Source of the DNA: Lingula anatina
Taxonomy: Eukaryota > Animalia > Brachiopoda
NCBI GenBank assembly: GCA_051362555.1
Contig: CM120640.1
Location: 9,982,001-10,046,000, forward strand
Direction of reading: 5' to 3'
DNA: 64,000 bases
How positions within the stretch are numbered: the stretch's first letter is position 1; each line of letters begins with the position of its first letter. The position numbers were made by a program, and so were the translations under genes. Below the pieces are notes generated by a model. The model made no database searches. It saw only the letters and a list, made by a program, of their open reading frames with translations, and was not told the origin of the DNA. Positions 57,824 through 64,000 of the stretch are shown here, piece after piece.

Positions 57824-60800
57824 CTGAAATTGGGACGCACAACAATTGAGCTAATTATATAATATAAAATAAGAATTTGTCCTGTAATCATATTTTTATC
57901 TATCAGTTTCTACATTAAAGTTTTCATGAAATGAAACTTAAACAAAAATATTAGATAAATATATGATCAGTTCACCATATTAATTTTAATTAATTGCTCC
58001 CATAATACTGAATTCCCTCAGCTTACACAAATCCCAAATCCCTAGACAAACTAATAAACAACATACCTTGTATTGCTGTGTGTGTATCTCTCTCTGTCCA
58101 TTGGGAAACTCCATAGTTTTATCCCCATTCTTGTCTACCCTGATTACCGTGCCATCAGGGAAGATGCTCTCCTCTGTCCCATTGAGAAACAGGTACTTGA
58201 TGGTCTGGTCTGGAAATGTTATCTCCCTGGTGCCATCAGGGTAGTGTTTTTCCATTTGGTTACTACAATGGAAGTTGACAGACTGATAAATATAAAATCT
58301 TGTAATTGTAGATAAATGGTGATCTTTAAGCATACTCATGCAAGTTAAAATGACAATGACTACACAACTGAAGCCAACAAAAGCAATTCCAAAGTGATTA
58401 GAAAAATACCTTATAATTCAAAATATAAAAGACTTACAAAAAACGTTTAAGTCTATTAAGTTCAAAGAGTGTAAGTGTAAGGAGTGTGTTTAGTCCAATT
58501 AATTTCCAAGCAGCTGTGTCATTTGTCATCTACCAGCTGACAGATAAAAGTCCTAGTAAATCCACCATCAGATAAACTAAGCAAGTAAAATTAACGGCCA
58601 AAAAGTTTACAGTGCACAGAGAAGATGTCTTACTTAGGAAACTGTAAAATCTCCAAGCCATCTGGGTATGTAGTGTGGGTGGTCTGGGCATCTGCATAAT
58701 AGTAAACCTAAGTGTGGAAGAATATACTGCTGCCAGTAATGGGACACCATTTAACACTAGGGCAGTTACAGAGGTTTTTGGTAATGAAATAAAAAAAAAG
58801 AGAAGTGCATAGAGACTATTAGCTTTTTTTCCTATGTGAAATGTCAGGAGAATTCATTGCATTGTAAATGAATCTTACAAAATTTTCTTGAAATAAAAAA
58901 AAAAAAGCTGCAGAATCCACTGCTTCCTTTAATAAACATACCACTCTCTGATCTGGCAATATTTGTTTGACATCTCCATTGAAAAATGACACAATGATAT
59001 ACTGTCCCTCTGCTGAGATCTCTTTCCTTGTTCCATTGGCAAACAGGATTTCTCTGGCACCATTGCTGTAGATTCTCTCAAGCTACATGATATAAATGAC
59101 AATTAATTTGTGGCGATAACCATTACTGAGCACATTTTGAATTACATGAAGGTGTCTTTACTGTTTTTAGTAACAAAAGAAAAATCTCTCAGTGCACGTC
59201 CAATTTATATATACCTCTTCTTAATAGTTTGGTCAGTGAAAAAAGTAACATCATTTTGAGTTCGTTTCCTTCCAATTCTTGTTTAATTGTTTGAAATAGA
59301 TTTAAACTACATGTAATGAACCTAATGCCTAGTAAAGTATGGTAACTGATACTACCTTTCCATCAGGATGCTGAATCTCTTCATAGTCCTCGCTCCCCTT
59401 GTCTATATGTTTAGTGTTCAGCAGGACTCTTTTCCTGGGGACCGACTTCTTGTCCTCCTGGACATCCACCTCTGAGCTTGTATCTGAGTGAAGGTCATCA
59501 CTGAGAGAAAACATAATTACTCAGTAAATACACAAAGCCCAATAACCAGCTGAAAACATGGAAGAAGCTCTTCTACTATGGCTAAAAATCATTGATTATG
59601 ATTACAAAATAAAGAATTTTGAATATATTGTAAACATGTCTGCCCCCCCCCCCAAAAAAAAAAAAAAGAAAAAAATCACACCAAGCACAAGAACAATATA
59701 TATTGAAAGGAAAACCTCTAGATAAAGTCAATAATCTGATACTTTATGTAATTTTATTCTCAAAATATTAATACTAAATTTAAAAAAGAATATTAAAATT
59801 GTCAAAAGTAACCTTTGCTGTACAGCTGTGGGTTGTCTACGTGGGGTGTCCTCAGCTATCAATACCTGACCAACTTGACTAGAGGCCATTTTCTTCTGGG
59901 GAACTTTGAAAGGAGGTGGCATGCTCTTCTCTACTTGAAAAAAAAATACAACTAAATTGTAGGATTTGTCACTTAGAAAAAACATTGATAAATATACTTC
60001 TAACATATACCTAGGTGTTTTTATTAAGAAAAAAATGTAAATTACACTTGAACACTGTTTTTTTTTTTTTTTTTTTGCAAAAACACTATAATAAATAAAT
60101 GAATAAATAAATAAATAAATAAATAAACTTATACAAGCATAGAAGTGTCATAATATTATTATCCATTTAAAGTTTGACATCTTTACCTGTGGTCTCCTCT
60201 TTCAAGTCAAGTTTCACTTGATCCTCCAATTTCTGTTGCACAATTGCAGGCTTCTTGAATGGCTGAGAAAAACTTGATTCCTTCTGAAAACAAATTGTTA
60301 AATGTTTTTGACCTTCAATGCAACACTTTCTATCCTGTATTAATATGGGCTGTCAAAATTCAATGGAAAATATAGATTTGAGGAAAGCAGAAATAATAAG
60401 TGCAGTTTTACCTAAATATCTTGTACAGTACAAATGTTCCAAAGTATCTTGAAATTATATTTATTACACTATTTTGGCATTTTCAGTCATACGAGTGCAG
60501 TGTTTGGAATATAATGGAAACTTGTTAAAGATTTAACAAAATTATTCCATCAACTATCTAATAAAATTATTCTGTCTAAACATAATGAGTCTATATCATG
60601 TGGATTTTAGTCTGGTGTTCCCAGCACTAACCATGTGTAACAAATCTAATTTTAAGGCCAAGATTATATCAGATTAAACCATACTATGACTTGGCAAGGG
60701 TGATACGATATATACAGTACCTTATTTACTTGATCTTTCTGCCAGTTGTCCAGTCTTCTTCTCTCTAAAATCTTCACCTCTTCCTTCAGTTCAAAATTCT

Positions 60801-63800
60801 CCACTTCCACAGCTTGTATCCTGTCACGCAGTCTAGTGGTGCTGGCTGTCCAACGCGACTCTTTTCTTTTCAGTTCTTCTTGTAATTCTGATAGCTACCA
60901 AGGTAAAAAAACAAATATTACAATTTCAATGCACATTTATCATCTTTAAAAAAACTTCAGTTAAATGTAAATACTTCATACTATAGAATAATAATCATGT
61001 ATGAGTAGAAACAAAGAAGTTTTTCAATACTACATTGAATTTAAGATAACAAAAAAAAAAAAAAAAGAAAAAGAAAAAAAACTCTGAAAATTCAATCTTT
61101 CTAGGAGATTTCGAAATGTTTGTCAATATTCCTAATTCTTCAACATGTCACTCTCTCTGTCTGGTTTGGATTTGAGTAAAAGAAAACACCGAAAATTTAA
61201 TCTTCTTTAAAAATCTGTTTATATACCTGATTCTTCAACATCTCTATTTCTTCTCTCTCTTTCTTGTCTGGAAGTGCCCTGGCAGTTTTCTGGTACTGCT
61301 CAAATACCTTTTTCTCATGCCTAGAAATATGAAAAAAAAAATATCCATGCATTTCATTTTCTGAAAGAAAAGGTGAAAATACAAACCATTTTCATAAAAT
61401 TGAAAAGAAAATGCTATCACCTTGGTCTGATAAATACAAATATAACCCCTTGTAACTATTATTCTACTAAAATATTGCATGATATAGTTATGAAAACTAC
61501 TCAGATCATTGGCAAATAAAAAAATAACAGGCTCACTTCAACTTTTTCATTTCTTGCTTTTTAAATTCCTGCAGCCTTTCAAGCTCTTCAGCCTTTTGCT
61601 TTTCAAATTCAGCCATCTCTTTCTTCAGTTTTTCCAGTCCCTTTATTAGAAGTATAATAATGAAATAGATTCTAAAGTTTTGTGAATGCTGGTGAAGATA
61701 ACCTCAAATAGCATTTGACACCTCAGAGAATAATTGTACTCAGTCTGAGGAATGATACCCTCTTCTACAAGTTAATTATTGGCAAACATGACCAACTTGC
61801 TTTAAAAACATAGGTTAACTTTATTTGATTCTAAGTAATAAAAGTTGCAATGTTTGCTCTTTCTAAAATACATTTGATCATTGGAAATTAAACAGTGAAA
61901 TAAATTAATAAGAATAAATAACAATGTCATTACTAACCTCCTCCCTCTCTTTTCTCAGTTTTGCTAGGGCAGCATTCTCTTGCCTGAATCTCTCAATTTC
62001 TGTCTCCAGTTCCATCAGTTTGTCTCTGAGGACCTTGGACTGTACCCCACTGCCAACCTCTGCCTGGCGGATCTGGACCATCTGCTGCTGGTTTGGCTTT
62101 AAAACAATATCAACATAGCGCAATTAACCCTTTACCACATGGTTTTTAATCCATGTTCTTCTAAACATAACATGTCATTTTGAATTCCACTATATAGGTA
62201 AAATATCTAAGAAAAAAAAAAGATTTTATAGGGCAGGGGCTGTCTTTTAGTTATGCATATAGCACCAACTCCTTAAAAGTGTTATAGGAAAATTTGGCAT
62301 ATTTAAAGAATATTTCATGGCAGTACCTATCTCCAGAGTGGTGCATTTGCATACACATTAGCAGAGACATTTCAACTTTTGATTAAACACAATATTTTCT
62401 GTATTAATGATATAATGATATATTTTAAACCTAAATAAATGACCAAACTGATGTAAACTGAATTCACAATGAAAAATACAAAAACATCTTATTATGCTGG
62501 TAAAAAATTGTTATCAAATATATAAAACTTTTAATTTTTAAATAGATTTCACCATACCTGTATCTGTGGGCTAACAGCTTTCTTTTGTGGCTTCAACTGT
62601 GGGAAGAGCTTAGTGACAAGCTTGGATGTTGGGGGAGTCCCTGCACCATTCACTTGTCCTGCACTACTACTGCCATGTGCATTCCCCGCCTCATCTTGGT
62701 TTGTGACACCCCAACTTTCTGTGTCATCAAATTCAATGGACTGAGACAGGGGTGGTACCACTTGCTGTGTTAGCGGCCTGGGGGATGCCATTTTCTCTTC
62801 ATGTGGAAGATGATAATATCCTTTGCTGTCAGCATTATTTTGTTCTTCAAATTTCCCTAGGTTGTCACTGTCTTCATCCTCTTCCTCGTCTTCCTCATCA
62901 GAGCTTTCTGCCTCAGATTCCTCTTGCTGGTTAGTTTTGGATACAGCATGTTCTTCTTCTATGCTTTCTTCGTGTGCACTGCCTTTCATCTTCCCAAATA
63001 CACCCTCTGTTGAACTAATCACATTCTTCTCATATATTTCAGATTCAGACCTCACTTCTGCTCCATAATGGAGCACTTCAACCTTATTTTCCAACTTCTC
63101 CTCTTCTTCTACATTCTCCTCATCTCCAAGGCCATTTAACTGTCCTTGGTTCTTCTCTTGGAATTCATCATTTGAATGCCTTGTAGCTATCTTTCTGTGA
63201 ACTACTTTAACAACATTAGTGTCAAATTCCTCATCCAAGTTGTGTTCCTCCTGGTCTACCAATGTTTTGTTATTTTCCAATTCATTCTCCAAGTCAGTAT
63301 CCTCCTCTGATATACTGCTGCTACTATCACTGCTATCAGAAGACTCTTCATTCTCACTGTAAAATTTAACATTATGAGATTAAGATAGTGTGCACTGGTT
63401 TACTTTTAGGCAATTTACCTTTACTGGATCTCAAAGTGAACTTGTGACAACTGTGAAATTCAAGCCGTTTCTATTGTGATCTCAAAGTGGAGGACAGGAT
63501 ATTGATATCTACAAAACTCTAAATAACAGATGTTCACATCTGATGAAAGCAATGAGTCAAGGTTAAAAGACAATGGAATTTTGTGAAATTGTTTTTCTAC
63601 AAGCAGGATACCAGAGTCTAAGAACCTATTCACAGAAATAGTGGCCAGAAAAACTGAAAGCTACACAATTTCACTGGCTTGACTCAATTTTAAGGGTATT
63701 CTGCGCGGGACAAGTGTCAATGTCATAGGCTGTAGAAGGCCTACCTTTCCTCCACTGTTTTCTCTAGCCTGGTATCCTGTGGGCTTTGATGCAGATGGTG

Positions 63801-63854
63801 TTTCATCTTGGCTGCCTTGATGTGTTTGGATAATGGAGACATCTGGTGGTTAAC
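57698..63854 (-). CDS. CENPJ: Centromere protein J / CPAP / SAS-4, 3' part (13 coding exons; gene continues beyond the window)
   Basis: Exons 63854-63745, 63356-62558, 62096-61938, 61640-61537, 61320-61227, 60894-60721, 60283-60187, 59933-59813, 59500-59356, 59082-58942, 58707-58634, 58262-58067 and 57823-57698 join in phase. They encode [16 protein letters not shown], the coiled coil [19 protein letters not shown]...PDKKEREEI...LKRKESRW and the C-terminal TCP/G-box with YPDG/FPNG repeats. Confidence 0.95.
58067..58262 (-). CDS. CENPJ: CENPJ exon (TCP domain)
   Basis: [65 protein letters not shown]. Confidence 0.93.
58634..58707 (-). CDS. CENPJ: CENPJ exon (TCP domain)
   Basis: [24 protein letters not shown]. 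Confidence 0.93.
58942..59082 (-). CDS. CENPJ: CENPJ exon (TCP domain)
   Basis: [47 protein letters not shown]. Confidence 0.93.
59356..59500 (-). CDS. CENPJ: CENPJ exon
   Basis: [13 protein letters not shown]...[11 protein letters not shown]; phase 2 to 0. Confidence 0.88.
59813..59933 (-). CDS. CENPJ: CENPJ exon (linker)
   Basis: [15 protein letters not shown]...QPTAVQQ; phase 1 to 2. Confidence 0.8.
60187..60283 (-). CDS. CENPJ: CENPJ exon (linker)
   Basis: [32 protein letters not shown]; phase 0 to 1. Confidence 0.8.
60721..60894 (-). CDS. CENPJ: CENPJ exon (coiled coil)
   Basis: [58 protein letters not shown]. Confidence 0.92.
61227..61320 (-). CDS. CENPJ: CENPJ exon (coiled coil)
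   Basis: [31 protein letters not shown]. Confidence 0.92.
61537..61640 (-). CDS. CENPJ: CENPJ exon (coiled coil)
   Basis: [34 protein letters not shown]. Confidence 0.9.
61938..62096 (-). CDS. CENPJ: CENPJ exon (coiled coil start)
   Basis: PNQQQMVQ...[34 protein letters not shown]. Confidence 0.9.
62558..63356 (-). CDS. CENPJ: CENPJ large acidic exon
   Basis: 799-nt exon, E/D/S-rich, with FDDTESW and [16 protein letters not shown]; TTTTACAG acceptor, CAG|GTATGG donor. Confidence 0.9.
63745..63854 (-). CDS. CENPJ: Probable CENPJ exon
   Basis: [36 protein letters not shown]; the phase-2 donor AG|GTAGG fits the next exon; acceptor less certain. Confidence 0.65.
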
Positions 63855-63974
63855 CTTGAAGCACCGAAATAGAAAGAAATGAAAATATGTGAAAATTAAC
63901 ATAAAAGATCAAGCACAATAAAGATATTTACTTATACATAACAAAATTAAACTTCAAAAAAAAAAAAAAAAAAA

Positions 63975-64000
63975 AACAAGGCAGCAAAGCTGTCAAATGT
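63975..64000 (-). mobile_element. 3' end of a further HINE copy in a CENPJ intron, truncated by the window edge
   Basis: Reverse complement ACATTTGACAGCTTTGCTGCCTTGTT is identical to the 3' end at 38479 and is followed by a long T run. Confidence 0.85.

Noticed and set aside
62585-63068. Plus-strand ORFs overlapping the large CENPJ exon (also 58073, 60746, 61924)
   Set aside because: Antisense shadows of real minus-strand coding exons.

Overview
AT-rich, intron-rich animal genomic DNA, probably an invertebrate and possibly a lophotrochozoan/mollusc (inferred from repeat types and mosaic CpG depletion, not proven). Manual splice-site and phase reconstruction gives four coding loci. (1) The 3' end of an unidentified + strand ORF (2..310). 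(2) A complete 8-exon + strand gene (10139..25051, 411 aa) for a secreted pleiotrophin/midkine-family protein of unusual architecture: signal peptide, one vertebrate-type 6-Cys N-domain, six 4-Cys C-type domains and a basic heptad-repeat linker, with every coding intron in phase 1. (3) A complete 11-exon + strand gene (28943..54166, 491 aa) for a predicted GPI-anchored three-Ig-domain protein with a Ser/Thr stalk. (4) The last 13 coding exons of CENPJ/SAS-4 on the - strand (57698..63854). Introns carry Helentron-associated (HINE/DINE-1-like) elements including a 5.5 kb self-nested array, a Rex1/Babar-like LINE split by a TIR element with a 7-bp TSD, three CAG-terminal TIR elements with 5-bp TSDs, a Kolobok-like MITE and a degenerate hammerhead-like inverted repeat; a Harbinger-like MITE lies just upstream of the Ig gene. 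Most ORFs in the supplied track are spurious or exon fragments. No searches were run; family assignments come from remembered motifs.
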